DNA of 64,000 bases, taken from the sequence record MK799832.1. One strand, 5' to 3'. Every line of letters starts with the position of its first letter. Within the stretch, counting starts at the first letter, position 1. Both the position numbers and the translations under genes were made by a program. Below, piece after piece: positions 1-10,260 of the stretch. The notes below the pieces were generated by a model that saw only the letters and a list, made by a program, of their open reading frames with translations, was not told where the DNA came from and ran no database searches.

Positions 1-2
1 GC

Positions 3-551
3 AGCGCCGATGACGACGGTGTTAAAATTAGAGGATCCAGTTCTTCAACTGTAGACGTAGTTATAAACGCAGCATCAAATATCAATCTTAATCATGTTTA
101 CAACGTAAACGCCACAAACAATGGCTATAGATATTATTTGTCCGCAGATGGTGGTATTAGAAATTTTTCTTCTAATAATAGTAACATTTCCGATGAACGT
201 GAAAAGAAAAACATTGAAACACTTGACAGTACTTGGAGTTGTCTAAAAAACTGGGAACTCAAAAAGTTCCACTATAATGGACAAGCAGATACAGAGGACA
301 AAAAGTATGGTGTTATAGCACAACAAGTTGCTCCACACTGTCCAGAAGTAATTAGTGATTGGGTCACACAAAAAGCATCAGATGCTGTTCTTGATGCTGA
401 TGGCAACATCGTTACTCCTGCCAAAGAAGAAATCGTCCGTATGGGTGTTAAAGAACAACAGATGATGTGGATGGCAATCAGGGCCCTTCAAGAAGCACAG
501 ACTAGAATTGAAACCCTGGAAGCTCAGGTTGCAGAACTTCAAGATAACTGA
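3..551 (+). CDS. Tail fibre/spike C-terminal part with peptidase S74 intramolecular chaperone domain (5'-partial)
   Basis: Frame is open from nt 3 (SADDDGVKIRG...). Contains the S74 cleavage motif SDEREKKNI, YGVIAQQV and a C-terminal coiled coil (IRALQEAQTRIETLEAQV). Confidence 0.85.
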   Translation, partial: SADDDGVKIRGSSSSTVDVVINAASNINLNHVYNVNATNNGYRYYLSADGGIRNFSSNNSNISDEREKKNIETLDSTWSCLKNWELKKFHYNGQADTEDKKYGVIAQQVAPHCPEVISDWVTQKASDAVLDADGNIVTPAKEEIVRMGVKEQQMMWMAIRALQEAQTRIETLEAQVAELQDN

Positions 552-557
552 TAAATA
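551..557 (+). promoter_or_regulatory. T4-type late promoter core (ATAAATA)
   Basis: ATAAATA directly after the stop codon and upstream of the 577 ORF and g3. Confidence 0.5.
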
Positions 558-576
558 CTCATAAACCACTTATAGG

Positions 577-738
577 ATGATGGCATCTTTTATAAAGAAA
601 GTGATCTGTGACAAAGAGGTATATTACAAAGGTAGAGAACAGTGGACTGATAAGTTTTCAGAAAGAAAACAATTCACCACTGAAGCTGATGCCAGAGAAG
701 AATATATCAGGTATGCAGGTCTTGTAGTAAACGAATAA
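577..738 (+). CDS. Small hypothetical protein, 53 aa (not in ORF track)
   Basis: Translated by hand: MMASFIKKVICDKEVYYKGREQWTDKFSERKQFTTEADAREEYIRYAGLVVNE*. Fills the gap and stops 1 nt before the g3 ATG. Confidence 0.6.
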   Translation: MMASFIKKVICDKEVYYKGREQWTDKFSERKQFTTEADAREEYIRYAGLVVNE

Positions 739-739
739 A

Positions 740-1288
740 ATGACACAACCTCTTACAAACCAGATATCTGATAGAAACTTTCTACAGGCTACTGGATTTA
801 GTTTCACTGTCAACAGGGCACCTAAACTTGGATTCTTTGGTAATGCAATCAATGTACCTGGTCTTGTCATGGGAACCTTGGTACAACCAAGTTATACGAG
901 ACAGATTCCAAGACCTGGCGATATCTTAGAATTCAATGACTTAAGAATTCGTTTCTTGATTGACGCAGGTCTTGAGAACTATATGGAGATTCAAACCTGG
1001 TTAAGAGGTATTGGTTTCCCTGAAAGTCTTGATGAGATTTATGCATTCCAAAAGACTGGTCCCGTCAAACAGACACCCAACAGCGAGATTAACTTGTTCT
1101 CTGATGGAACCCTCACTATCCTGAACGGTATCAATAGACCAGTGTTTGCGGTCAAGTTTAAGGACTTATTCCCTACCACATTGTCAGACATTCAGTTTGA
1201 CGCAACAGGAACCGATGTGGAATACTTGACAGCTGATGTCACCTTCAAGTATTCTAACTATACTATAGAAGCATTTGAGTGTTGCTAA
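740..1288 (+). CDS. g3: Tail completion / sheath stabiliser protein (T4 gp3-like)
   Basis: NFLQATGFSFTV, LRIRFLIDAGLENYMEIQTW, FKDLFPTTLSDIQFD tail-tube fold motifs; canonical position before uvsY. Confidence 0.85.
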   Translation: MTQPLTNQISDRNFLQATGFSFTVNRAPKLGFFGNAINVPGLVMGTLVQPSYTRQIPRPGDILEFNDLRIRFLIDAGLENYMEIQTWLRGIGFPESLDEIYAFQKTGPVKQTPNSEINLFSDGTLTILNGINRPVFAVKFKDLFPTTLSDIQFDATGTDVEYLTADVTFKYSNYTIEAFECC

Positions 1289-1723
1289 ATGATTGACCTA
1301 CCTACACTTCAACAGATGTGGGAAAAGGATTCTAAAATTGACATTGACAACTTACATACCGAGTCTTTGAACATTCCAGTTCTGCACTCCAAATATTATG
1401 ACATTTATAATAACCTCATGTTGTTGAGGAAGAAAGCAGAACAACAAAAGAAGAATGTAAGACACGAGAGATATGAATACTATTCGGGTAAAGCAGACCC
1501 TGATGTTTATGTCAAAGATCCGTTTCCTAAAAAGATCCGAGATAAAGACACTATGCAAAAATATCTGGACGCTGATGAGAGACTCTCAGGAATTTCGTTG
1601 AAGATTGAATATTACGATGTAATGCTACGATACATAGAAGAGATTCTTAAACAGATTGGGAATCGAACGTATCAAATCAAAAACAGTATTGAGTTCATGA
1701 GATTTAGTTCAGGGTTAGGTTAA
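1289..1723 (+). CDS. uvsY: Recombination mediator UvsY
   Basis: WEKDSKIDIDNL...LHSKY, R.YQIKNSIEF C-terminus; g3-uvsY-uvsW synteny. Confidence 0.9.
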   Translation: MIDLPTLQQMWEKDSKIDIDNLHTESLNIPVLHSKYYDIYNNLMLLRKKAEQQKKNVRHERYEYYSGKADPDVYVKDPFPKKIRDKDTMQKYLDADERLSGISLKIEYYDVMLRYIEEILKQIGNRTYQIKNSIEFMRFSSGLG

Positions 1724-1908
1724 TGGAAGAAGAAAGACCTTATGTAGAATTAGATTTAGATATTGAAGATGTCTATCTTATCTACAACTCTGTGAAGTTT
1801 CATTATGAGAAGTGGCCTGGTGGTCATCCTGATGAACAAGCAAGACTAAATTTTATGAAAAACTTTCTGTATCGGATTGTTTTACAATATAAGTTTGAAA
1901 ATATGTAA
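1723..1908 (+). CDS. Hypothetical protein, 61 aa
   Basis: Coupled to the uvsY stop (TAATG); fills the gap. Confidence 0.65.
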   Translation: MEEERPYVELDLDIEDVYLIYNSVKFHYEKWPGGHPDEQARLNFMKNFLYRIVLQYKFENM

Positions 1909-1937
1909 TAAATACTTGTAGGTGAGAACCTACATGT

Positions 1938-3404
1938 ATGGCTGATTTGACTATAGAAAAGGTAAACGAAGTTTACCTAAAGATTACGACAGAACCACAC
2001 ATCGAGTATGAACTGAGAGATAGGTTCACCTTTGAGGTTCCAAATAAAAAATTCATGCCCCAGTATCGGAGTAAGTACTGGGATGGATTTGTTCATCTAT
2101 TCAACATGAAGACCAAGAGAATCTATGTGGGTCTTCTTGATAAGATTATTGCATTCTGTGAGAGTGCAGGATATACGTATAAGTTTTTAAATAATAAATT
2201 CTACGGTCCACCATTTGAAGTGAATGACTTTGTAAGTCAAGGTGGTACTAAAGATTATATGGAAAGTATATCACCTGGTATCAGTCCTCGTGATTATCAG
2301 GTAGAAGGTGTATACGAAGCATTAAGGTATAACAGAAAACTACTCATCTCTCCTACTGGTTCTGGTAAGTCATTTATGATTTACTCTGTGGTGAGATATC
2401 ACGTTGCACGTGGTAATAAGATTCTATTGGTTGTTCCTACCACATCTCTTGTAGAACAGATGTTCAAGGACTTCCAACAATATGGTTGGGATGCAGAGAA
2501 TCATTGTCACAGAATTTATGCTGGACGTGAGAGAGTCAATACAAATGAGGTAACCATTACCACTTGGCAATCTGTCTATCAGTTGGATCGTAAGTTCTTT
2601 GAGGACTATGACGTTGTGATTGGTGACGAGGCCCACCTTTTTAAGAGTAAGTCTCTTATTGGCATTATGGACAAGTTACATCATGCTAAGTATAGATACG
2701 GGTTTACGGGGACACTAGACGGCTCTCAGACCCATAAATGGGTGTTAGAGGGACTCTTTGGTCCATCATATAAAGTCACTCAAACAAAGAAACTACAAGA
2801 GGAAGGACACCTTGCTGCACTTGATATTCAGTGTCTTGTTCTGAAGTATCGTCCTAAGAAGTTTGATACTTATGAAGATGAGATTCAATATCTGATATCA
2901 CATGTGAAGAGGAATAACTTTATTACAAATCTAGTCAAAGATTTAGATGGTAATAGTCTGGTGTTGTATTCCAGAGTGGAATCTCATGGTGCCATCTTAT
3001 TTGACTTAATAAATAAAAAGGTAAGTGAAGACCGTAAAGTATTTTTTATTCATGGTGGTGTAGATGCCGAGGATAGAGAACAAGTAAGGGAGATTACTGA
3101 AAAAGAAAAAGACGCTATCATCGTCGCATCTTACGGAACATTCAGTACTGGTATTAATATTAAGAACCTTCATAACGTAATATTTGCCTCTCCATCAAAA
3201 TCTAGAGTAAGAAACTTACAAAGTATTGGTAGAGTCCTACGTAAAGGCAAAGATAAGGTTAGTGCAAAACTTTATGATATTGCAGATGACTTTACTATTG
3301 GATCAAGAAAGAATTACACATTGAATCACTTTATTGAAAGAGTGAAGATTTATGTTTCAGAACAGTTCAATTACGACATTTATACTATTGACATAAAAGA
3401 CTAG
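1938..3404 (+). CDS. uvsW: UvsW SF2 DNA helicase
   Basis: Walker A SPTGSGKS, DEAH box, QSIGRVLR motif VI. Confidence 0.95.
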   Translation: MADLTIEKVNEVYLKITTEPHIEYELRDRFTFEVPNKKFMPQYRSKYWDGFVHLFNMKTKRIYVGLLDKIIAFCESAGYTYKFLNNKFYGPPFEVNDFVSQGGTKDYMESISPGISPRDYQVEGVYEALRYNRKLLISPTGSGKSFMIYSVVRYHVARGNKILLVVPTTSLVEQMFKDFQQYGWDAENHCHRIYAGRERVNTNEVTITTWQSVYQLDRKFFEDYDVVIGDEAHLFKSKSLIGIMDKLHHAKYRYGFTGTLDGSQTHKWVLEGLFGPSYKVTQTKKLQEEGHLAALDIQCLVLKYRPKKFDTYEDEIQYLISHVKRNNFITNLVKDLDGNSLVLYSRVESHGAILFDLINKKVSEDRKVFFIHGGVDAEDREQVREITEKEKDAIIVASYGTFSTGINIKNLHNVIFASPSKSRVRNLQSIGRVLRKGKDKVSAKLYDIADDFTIGSRKNYTLNHFIERVKIYVSEQFNYDIYTIDIKD

Positions 3405-3418
3405 AAAAAGGAGATTGT

Positions 3419-3805
3419 ATGATAGAGGATGATTTTTACGCAACAATCAAACTCAAATGTGGTGATGAAATCTTTTGTAAGGTAGCAGCATCTGATGAAG
3501 ATGATAGAACTATGCTTCTCATCTCTCATCCTATTTGTGTTCAACCAATTAAAACAAGAGGTTCAATTACTGGTTACAAGTTTGAACCATGGTTAAAGAC
3601 TTCGCATGAAGATCTATTTGTAATTAATCTAGAAGATGTTCTCACAATGTCTGAATCAGAGAACATTGAAATGATTATGAACTATCAAGACTACATTAGA
3701 AAAACAAACCAAGGTAACTTTGCTAAGTTAGATAGAAGGATGGGTTACTTAGGGAATGTAAGGGATACTAAGGAAGTCTTGGAGAAGCTTTATAAGTCCT
3801 CTTAG
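3419..3805 (+). CDS. Conserved cyanophage hypothetical protein (uvsW-g55 interval)
   Basis: GGAG RBS; FYATIKLKCGDEI N-terminus; conserved position. Confidence 0.7.
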   Translation: MIEDDFYATIKLKCGDEIFCKVAASDEDDRTMLLISHPICVQPIKTRGSITGYKFEPWLKTSHEDLFVINLEDVLTMSESENIEMIMNYQDYIRKTNQGNFAKLDRRMGYLGNVRDTKEVLEKLYKSS

Positions 3806-3864
3806 TAGTACCTATAACTTATCTATCATCCTGGACAAGCCTAGTCTATATGGCTTTTGATACC

Positions 3865-3893
3865 TTGTCAACACTTGATATCTCTGATATAAT
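3865..3893 (+). promoter_or_regulatory. Sigma70-like promoter for g55
   Basis: TTGTCA-N17-TATAAT; implies the g55 start is ATG 3916. Confidence 0.65.
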
Positions 3894-3915
3894 AAAGACA
3901 ACAAAAAGAACCATT

Positions 3916-4395
3916 ATGCCTAAACCCAGAAATGCAGAACACTATGTAAATAACAAGGAGTTTCTGAACGCACTTGAGAACTACTTTGCACGAGTGGAGA
4001 AAGCAAAACTCAATGATCAACCCAAACCAGAAATTCCTCGTTACATTGGTGAGTGCTTTCTGAAGATTGCAAATCACTTGTCATACAAACCAAACTTTGT
4101 CAACTACATGTTCAAAGATGACATGATTTGTGATGGTATTGAGAACTGTGTGAGATATATTCATAACTTTAATCCTGAGAAGTCAAAGAACCCCTTTGCA
4201 TACTTTACTCAGATCATCTACTATGCATTCCTGAGAAGGATCTCTCAAGAGAAGAAACAGTTAGAGATCAAGAACAAGATCCTAGAAAGAACTGACTTCG
4301 ATGAAGTCTTTGATGCCAACGACCTTGACATTGGTAACTACTCTGATTATAATAGTATTAAAGATGCAGTGCATCAAAAACTGAGAAATTCATGA
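3916..4395 (+). CDS. g55: Late-transcription sigma factor gp55
   Basis: HYVNNKEFL, YIGECFLKIANHLSYKPNFVNY, NPFAYFTQIIYYAFLRRI; start moved downstream of the promoter. Confidence 0.95.
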   Translation: MPKPRNAEHYVNNKEFLNALENYFARVEKAKLNDQPKPEIPRYIGECFLKIANHLSYKPNFVNYMFKDDMICDGIENCVRYIHNFNPEKSKNPFAYFTQIIYYAFLRRISQEKKQLEIKNKILERTDFDEVFDANDLDIGNYSDYNSIKDAVHQKLRNS

Positions 4396-4709
4396 TTGGA
4401 AAACTGGATCCAGAAGAACGTGTTATGTACAACCCTTTGAGAGTGAAAGCTCAAATACTGGAAGCAATCAATACCCTTGGTTGGGATGAACTTGACGAGA
4501 TTAGTGTAGAGATTGGTGGAACAGCTGTCTCTGGTATTGATGTTGGTGAAGAGTACAATAAGAAGTGGCAATCACCTATTGGTACTCGTAAGTACAACAA
4601 AGATGCATTCATTGTCATCAAGAACCAAGGTCGTAGAGATCTGACTAAATCCCAACCCATGGAAGAGTTTAACCCTAGACATCCACATGAAAGTAGCGAT
4701 AATAACTGA
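4392..4709 (+). CDS. Hypothetical protein
   Basis: ATGA overlap with g55; overlaps the g47 start. Confidence 0.65.
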   Translation: MIGKLDPEERVMYNPLRVKAQILEAINTLGWDELDEISVEIGGTAVSGIDVGEEYNKKWQSPIGTRKYNKDAFIVIKNQGRRDLTKSQPMEEFNPRHPHESSDNN

Positions 4710-5727
4710 TACTCACTACGGCGCTCGTAAAGGTTCTAAACTCTTTCACGATTACTTTGAAAAGTTCTACAACGATGTCTTCTTTCCAACCATAGACAAA
4801 GAAGGTATTGATACTGTCATTCATATGGGTGATGCGTTTGATAGCCGAAAGGGTATTGAATTCAAATCACTGAAGTGGGCCAAGAGAGTTGTGTTTAATC
4901 CTCTCAAGGATCGTGGTATCAAGATGCATCTGATGGTCGGTAATCATGATGCATACTACAAGAACACAAACGAAATCAATGCTGTTGATCTTCTCCTGAA
5001 AGAATATGATAATGTTGAGGTTTATTCTTCTCCTACAGAAGTATCTGTGGGTGATCTCCCCATTCTATTCCTTCCTTGGATCAACGAACAAAACGAAAAG
5101 GAAACCAACAACATTATCAAGAAGACAAAGTGTCCAGTCGCAATGGGACACCTCGAACTTAACGGGTTTGTCGCAACCCCTGGCCACATCATGGAGCACG
5201 GTCACGACGCAAGAGCCTTTAATAAGTTCAGGAAAGTCTTTTCGGGACATTATCACTCTCGATCCGACAATGGGACCGTGTACTATCTTGGTAATCCCTA
5301 TGAAATGTTCTGGAATGATGTCGAAAGTCCCAGAGGCTTCACTATTTTTGATACTGAATCCCTGGAACATCAATCCATAAACAATCCTCATAGACTGTTC
5401 TACAAGATCTTCTACGAAGACACTGATCATCAGACATTCAATACCTCTGAGTATGAGAATAAAATCGTTAAGGTCATCGTAAGAAAGAAGACAGACACTA
5501 AGAAGTTTGAGAAGTTCATCGACAAACTCTATACCTCTGGTGTTGCTGATCTGAAGATTGTAGAGAACTTCCAACTCGATGAGTCAGAGGAGTTTGAAGC
5601 AGAAGAGTCTGAAGATACGATGTCTATCCTGAGTCGTTATATTGATGAATCTGAAACTGAGTTAAATAAAACAGTAATTCAGTCTCTCATCAAAGAAATA
5701 TACCAAGAGGCGTGTGAGGTCGTATAA
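4687..5727 (+). CDS. g47: Recombination endonuclease subunit gp47 (Mre11/SbcD-like)
   Basis: DTHYG, GD, GNHD, GHLE, SGHYH metallophosphoesterase motifs. Confidence 0.95.
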   Translation: MKVAIITDTHYGARKGSKLFHDYFEKFYNDVFFPTIDKEGIDTVIHMGDAFDSRKGIEFKSLKWAKRVVFNPLKDRGIKMHLMVGNHDAYYKNTNEINAVDLLLKEYDNVEVYSSPTEVSVGDLPILFLPWINEQNEKETNNIIKKTKCPVAMGHLELNGFVATPGHIMEHGHDARAFNKFRKVFSGHYHSRSDNGTVYYLGNPYEMFWNDVESPRGFTIFDTESLEHQSINNPHRLFYKIFYEDTDHQTFNTSEYENKIVKVIVRKKTDTKKFEKFIDKLYTSGVADLKIVENFQLDESEEFEAEESEDTMSILSRYIDESETELNKTVIQSLIKEIYQEACEVV

Positions 5728-6008
5728 TGTTCATCATTACAGTTGCTGGTAAAGAAAAAGAAGGTGCCTACTCTGTAGTTGATGAACAGGGTGAACAGGT
5801 TCTTTATATCTTCTGTGAAGAAGACGACGCAGAAAGATATGCCATACAACTGGAAGAACTTGACTACCCTGAGATGAATGTGTTAGAAGTAGACGATGAG
5901 ATAATGATCAAGACCTGTGAGATGCATGATCACAGATATACTGTAATAACCTCAGACGACATTGTGATTCCTCCTGATTCTGAATATGATAGTTTTCAAA
6001 AAGATTAA
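5727..6008 (+). CDS. Conserved hypothetical protein between g47 and g46
   Basis: Coupled ORF, acidic, 93 aa. Confidence 0.7.
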   Translation: MFIITVAGKEKEGAYSVVDEQGEQVLYIFCEEDDAERYAIQLEELDYPEMNVLEVDDEIMIKTCEMHDHRYTVITSDDIVIPPDSEYDSFQKD

Positions 6009-7695
6009 GTGGCAAAACTTTTTATCAACGGGGAACCACCCAACAGAAGTCAATCTTAACGAAACGAGTACGACATTGATCATTGGATCAAATGGTGCAG
6101 GTAAGTCCACCATTCTTGATGCACTGACTTTTGTTCTGTACGGTAAGTCTTTTCGTAAGATTAATAAAGCACAGTTGATCAACTCTACAAACGAGAAGGC
6201 TTGTCTTGTGGAGATTGAGTTTGATGTGAACTCTGTTCAGTGGAAGATTCAACGTGGAATCAAACCAAACATCTTCAAGATTTATCGTAATGATGAAGAG
6301 TTAGATCAATCCGCGTCTGCATTAGATCAACAGAAGTGGTTAGAACAGAATGTGTTGAAGATGAACTACAAGTCATTCACACAGATCGTGATTCTTGGTT
6401 CTTCTACCTTTGTTCCATTCATGCAACTCCCCACCTCTGCACGTAGAGAAGTGGTAGAAGATCTATTGGATATCAAGATCTTCTCTTCGATGAATGATGT
6501 CATCAAAGGTAAGATACGTGGTATTCGTGATGAGGTCAGGACTCTAGAACTGAAGAAGGAGAACTTGAAAGATAAGGTCGATATGCAAAAAGACTTTATC
6601 GAAAAGATTGAGAGTCAGAGTAAGGATACTATCAAGAAGAAGACTGATAAGATTGAGGGTCTGAATCAAGAAATTGAGAGATGCTTCAAACAGAGTTTTG
6701 AACAAGAAGAAGTATTGGAGTACCTTCAAAAGGAGTTGAAAACTGTTGATAATGCCCAGGATAGATTGAGGGAGTTTGGTAGTATCAAAGGTAAACTGTC
6801 TCAACGTATACAAAGTATTGTCAAGGAACATAAATTTTTTACTGAGAATACGGTTTGTCCTACCTGTAATCAGGACATTGAGGAGTTGTTTAGAGTAAAT
6901 AGAATTAGTGATTCCCAATCTAAGGCAGAAGAGCTCAGAGAAGGGTTTGAAAAACTCCAATCGGCGATTAAAGATGAGGAACTGAGGGAATCACATTTTA
7001 AAACTGTATCCACTAAAATCTCAGAAACACTTAATGACATTTCTTCTTTCAATGTACAGATCTCTGGTTTTCAACGACAGATCAGGGGACTGGAATCAGA
7101 AATTCAAACTGTTGCCAGTCAGATCGAGAACCGAAATTCTGAGCATGAGAAGTTAGAAACCTTACGAGATAGTCTTGATAAGACATATGATGAACTGGTA
7201 AAGCACAAGGACAATATTTCTTACCACGATTTCATCTATAGTCTGCTCAAAGACGGTGGTGTAAAAGCAAAGATCATCAAAAAGTATCTACCACTTATCA
7301 ACCAACAAGTTAATAAGTATCTACAGATGATGGACTTTTACATTAATTTCAAACTTGATGAAGAATTCAACGAAACTGTAGAATCTCCCATTCACGAAGA
7401 CTTTTCTTATCCGTCATTTAGTGAAGGGGAGAAAATGAGAATTGACCTAGCACTACTATTCACTTGGAGGGAAATTGCAAGGGTCAAGAACTCAGTTAAT
7501 ACAAATCTCCTCATTATGGATGAGGTCTTCGATAGTTCACTAGACGGTTTTGGAACGGATGAGTTCCTCAAAATTATTCGATACACTATCAAAGACGCAA
7601 ACATATTCGTTATCAGTCACAAAACTGGTATGGACGATAAGTTTGAAAATGTAGTCAAGTTTGAAAAACATAAAGGTTTCTCAAGAAAAATTTAA
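5986..7695 (+). CDS. g46: Recombination ATPase gp46 (Rad50/SbcC-like)
   Basis: GSNGAGKST Walker A, CPTC zinc hook, SFSEGEK signature, LLIMDEVFDSSLD Walker B. Confidence 0.95.
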   Translation: MIVFKKIKWQNFLSTGNHPTEVNLNETSTTLIIGSNGAGKSTILDALTFVLYGKSFRKINKAQLINSTNEKACLVEIEFDVNSVQWKIQRGIKPNIFKIYRNDEELDQSASALDQQKWLEQNVLKMNYKSFTQIVILGSSTFVPFMQLPTSARREVVEDLLDIKIFSSMNDVIKGKIRGIRDEVRTLELKKENLKDKVDMQKDFIEKIESQSKDTIKKKTDKIEGLNQEIERCFKQSFEQEEVLEYLQKELKTVDNAQDRLREFGSIKGKLSQRIQSIVKEHKFFTENTVCPTCNQDIEELFRVNRISDSQSKAEELREGFEKLQSAIKDEELRESHFKTVSTKISETLNDISSFNVQISGFQRQIRGLESEIQTVASQIENRNSEHEKLETLRDSLDKTYDELVKHKDNISYHDFIYSLLKDGGVKAKIIKKYLPLINQQVNKYLQMMDFYINFKLDEEFNETVESPIHEDFSYPSFSEGEKMRIDLALLFTWREIARVKNSVNTNLLIMDEVFDSSLDGFGTDEFLKIIRYTIKDANIFVISHKTGMDDKFENVVKFEKHKGFSRKI

Positions 7696-7765
7696 TAAAG
7701 TAACAATCACACAAATGTTCGTGAAGTTACACAAATATCACTATATAATGTGTGAATTGGAGGTT

Positions 7766-7939
7766 ATGATGAAAAATCTTGTCTCACGTAATGAACTTGC
7801 ATCCTGGGAGTGGGATGAAAAAATAACAGTTGATGACAAATATGATCAAGTATCCGAATACTTCCAATGCATTTCAGAATGTGGTATCATAGATAGTTCC
7901 GCCAGGAGGTTCTGTAGACACGTCCTAACAGCAGATTAA
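7766..7939 (+). CDS. Small Cys-containing hypothetical protein (~57 aa)
   Basis: GGAGG RBS before ATG 7766 and TATAAT at 7744-7749; EYFQCISEC...FCRHVL. Confidence 0.6.
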   Translation: MMKNLVSRNELASWEWDEKITVDDKYDQVSEYFQCISECGIIDSSARRFCRHVLTAD

Positions 7940-7966
7940 TTTTTAAACGGAGAATACTGACCGAAG

Positions 7967-7991
7967 ACCCGACCCCTAAAAAGGTCGGGTT
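7967..7991 (+). terminator. GC-rich hairpin, probable intrinsic terminator
   Basis: ACCCGACC-cctaaaaa-GGTCGGGT followed by a short T run. Confidence 0.45.
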
Positions 7992-8079
7992 TGGTGTATG
8001 TGCCAATATATAAACTGTCCAACCCACCCGAGAAACAGGTGGGTTTCGTTGTATTGTAGCTACATCGAGACAGACCACC

Positions 8080-10200
8080 ATGATCAATTACGAAATCAAA
8101 TCCCAACTTGCCAAACTTCTAGCCACTGAGAACATGGTGGTTGAGAACCGTAACGTGGAGACCGCACAGTTTGATGTAGAACGTCGTGTGTTGACCCTCC
8201 CGATGTGGAAGAGGGCGTCTAACACTGTATACGATATGTTGGTGGGTCATGAGGTTGGACACGCTCTGTTCACTCCTAATGACTGGTCATGGGAAGATCG
8301 TATTCCTAAACAGTTTGTCAACGTGGTTGAAGATGCACGTATTGAGAAACTAATGAAACGTCGGTATCCTGGTCTGGCGAAAAGTTTCTACAAAGGTTAC
8401 CAAGAACTCGCAGAAGATGATTTCTTTGGTCTTGAGGATGATGATATTTCTACTTACAATCTGGCTGACCGTGCCAACCTTTACTTCAAGATTGGTAACT
8501 TTGTTGAGGTTCCTATCTCTGATGAAGAGATGAAGTTCATTGATATGATGGCAAACACTGAGACCTTTGCCGATGCTGTTCTGGTTGCCGAAGAACTCTT
8601 CAAGTTTGTGAAGGGTGGTTTTGACAATAAAAAACCTGAAGCAATTTCTCTTCCTAATCCGTCTAATACAGGTGGTGAGGAAATGACTCATGAAGAGATG
8701 CAAGAAGAAGCTGAACGTCGTGAAGAAGAGAATGAAGAGAACTTTGGTGAACTTGAAGATATGTCAGAGGGTCGTATGAATAAGAACTCTCCCGATCTTG
8801 AAGTTCATACTGACGACATGTTTGAGTCTGGTAAAGAAGAATTTAATGGTGATATCAAACCTGGTATGCCATCTTCAAGTTATCTTGAGGTCCCATCTGT
8901 TGATGTTGAAAAGGTTATTGTATCTAACAAAGCTATTCATGAAGAACTGAATGAATCTTGGATCGATCAGTTGACTCTAAAAGAGTATTACGATGCATAC
9001 TGTGAAAAGACGAGGACGACGGAACCAAGAAACTTTGATATTGCTGACAAAGAGTATGAAAAATACAAGAAGTCTGCACAGAAAGAAGTCAACTATCTTG
9101 TGAAGGAGTTTGAGTGTAAGAAGTCTGCCGATGCTTACTCTCGTTCATTCACGTCTAAGACTGGTACTCTCGATTGTACTAAACTCCATACCTACAAATA
9201 CAATGAAGATCTCTTCAGGAAGGTGAATGTCATTCCTGATGGTAAAAACCACGGTCTAATCTTTATTCTGGATTGGTCTGGTTCCATGGCTGATTGTTTG
9301 CTTGAAACTACCAAACAGTTGTTCAATCTGGTTATGTTCTGTAATAAGGTCAATATTCCCTTTGATGTTTATGCATTTACTAACAGTTACCTGAAAGATT
9401 CTAAGTTTCAAGCCTATCTTGATAGTCCTATTCAAGAGGTCAAAGAGTTTGATATGATTGTAAGTCCTGATTTCAGTCTTCTTCACTTCTTGACCAGTGA
9501 CGTGAACAAGAAAGAACTTGATAAACAGATGAAGTCACTGTGGCGTATTGTATATGCTACTGTTCGTTGGGTAGATTATATGATTCCCCACGGATATAGT
9601 CTTTCTGGTACACCTTTGAATGAGGCTATTGTTTGTCTACACAAAATCATTCCTCAGTTCCAACAGAAACATAAAGTTCAAAAGGTTAACACTGTAATTC
9701 TGACTGATGGTGAGGCAAATCCCCTTCCTTATTACAAGACAAATCATTACTATGATGATGAACGTATGGGTTCTGGTCGTTGTTACGTTGGTGATTACCT
9801 CCGTAATCGTAAGACTGGACATACCTATCAAATTAACTCAGAGTTTTACAAGTTCACTGAGATTCTTCTTGAGGACTTGAAACAAATGAATCCTGGTGTC
9901 AATGTGATTGGTTTCCGTCTGTCAAGTAACTCCGATTTCAAAGGGTTTTGTCGCCGTTATGATAGGACCATGACTGAAGAGTCATATAAGAAGGTCAAAA
10001 AGGACAAGTCGATTGTAATCAAGACCAGTGGTTATACTTCTTACTTTGGTATTCTTTCTTCTTCTCTCGATAATGACACTGAGTTTGATGTAGAAGAAGG
10101 AGCAACCAAGGCAAAAATCAAATCCGCGTTTGTCAAAAATCTCAATGCCAAGTCTCTAAATAGGAAAGTATTGAGTCAGTTTGTTGACATCATCAGTTGA
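8080..10200 (+). CDS. HExxH metallopeptidase-like / vWA domain protein (CobT-like partner of a MoxR AAA+)
   Basis: LVGHEVGH and NVVEDARIE; MIDAS motif DWSGSM, GTPL, LTDGE. Confidence 0.85.
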   Translation: MINYEIKSQLAKLLATENMVVENRNVETAQFDVERRVLTLPMWKRASNTVYDMLVGHEVGHALFTPNDWSWEDRIPKQFVNVVEDARIEKLMKRRYPGLAKSFYKGYQELAEDDFFGLEDDDISTYNLADRANLYFKIGNFVEVPISDEEMKFIDMMANTETFADAVLVAEELFKFVKGGFDNKKPEAISLPNPSNTGGEEMTHEEMQEEAERREEENEENFGELEDMSEGRMNKNSPDLEVHTDDMFESGKEEFNGDIKPGMPSSSYLEVPSVDVEKVIVSNKAIHEELNESWIDQLTLKEYYDAYCEKTRTTEPRNFDIADKEYEKYKKSAQKEVNYLVKEFECKKSADAYSRSFTSKTGTLDCTKLHTYKYNEDLFRKVNVIPDGKNHGLIFILDWSGSMADCLLETTKQLFNLVMFCNKVNIPFDVYAFTNSYLKDSKFQAYLDSPIQEVKEFDMIVSPDFSLLHFLTSDVNKKELDKQMKSLWRIVYATVRWVDYMIPHGYSLSGTPLNEAIVCLHKIIPQFQQKHKVQKVNTVILTDGEANPLPYYKTNHYYDDERMGSGRCYVGDYLRNRKTGHTYQINSEFYKFTEILLEDLKQMNPGVNVIGFRLSSNSDFKGFCRRYDRTMTEESYKKVKKDKSIVIKTSGYTSYFGILSSSLDNDTEFDVEEGATKAKIKSAFVKNLNAKSLNRKVLSQFVDIIS

Positions 10201-10260
10201 CCCAATCGGACAACTGTCACAGGCACCACCCCATACGGGTGGTTTTGTCGTATTATAGCT

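Noticed and set aside
7766-7939. CP12-like call for the small Cys protein
   Set aside because: Lacks the AWD.VEEL core and the C-terminal CP12 pattern
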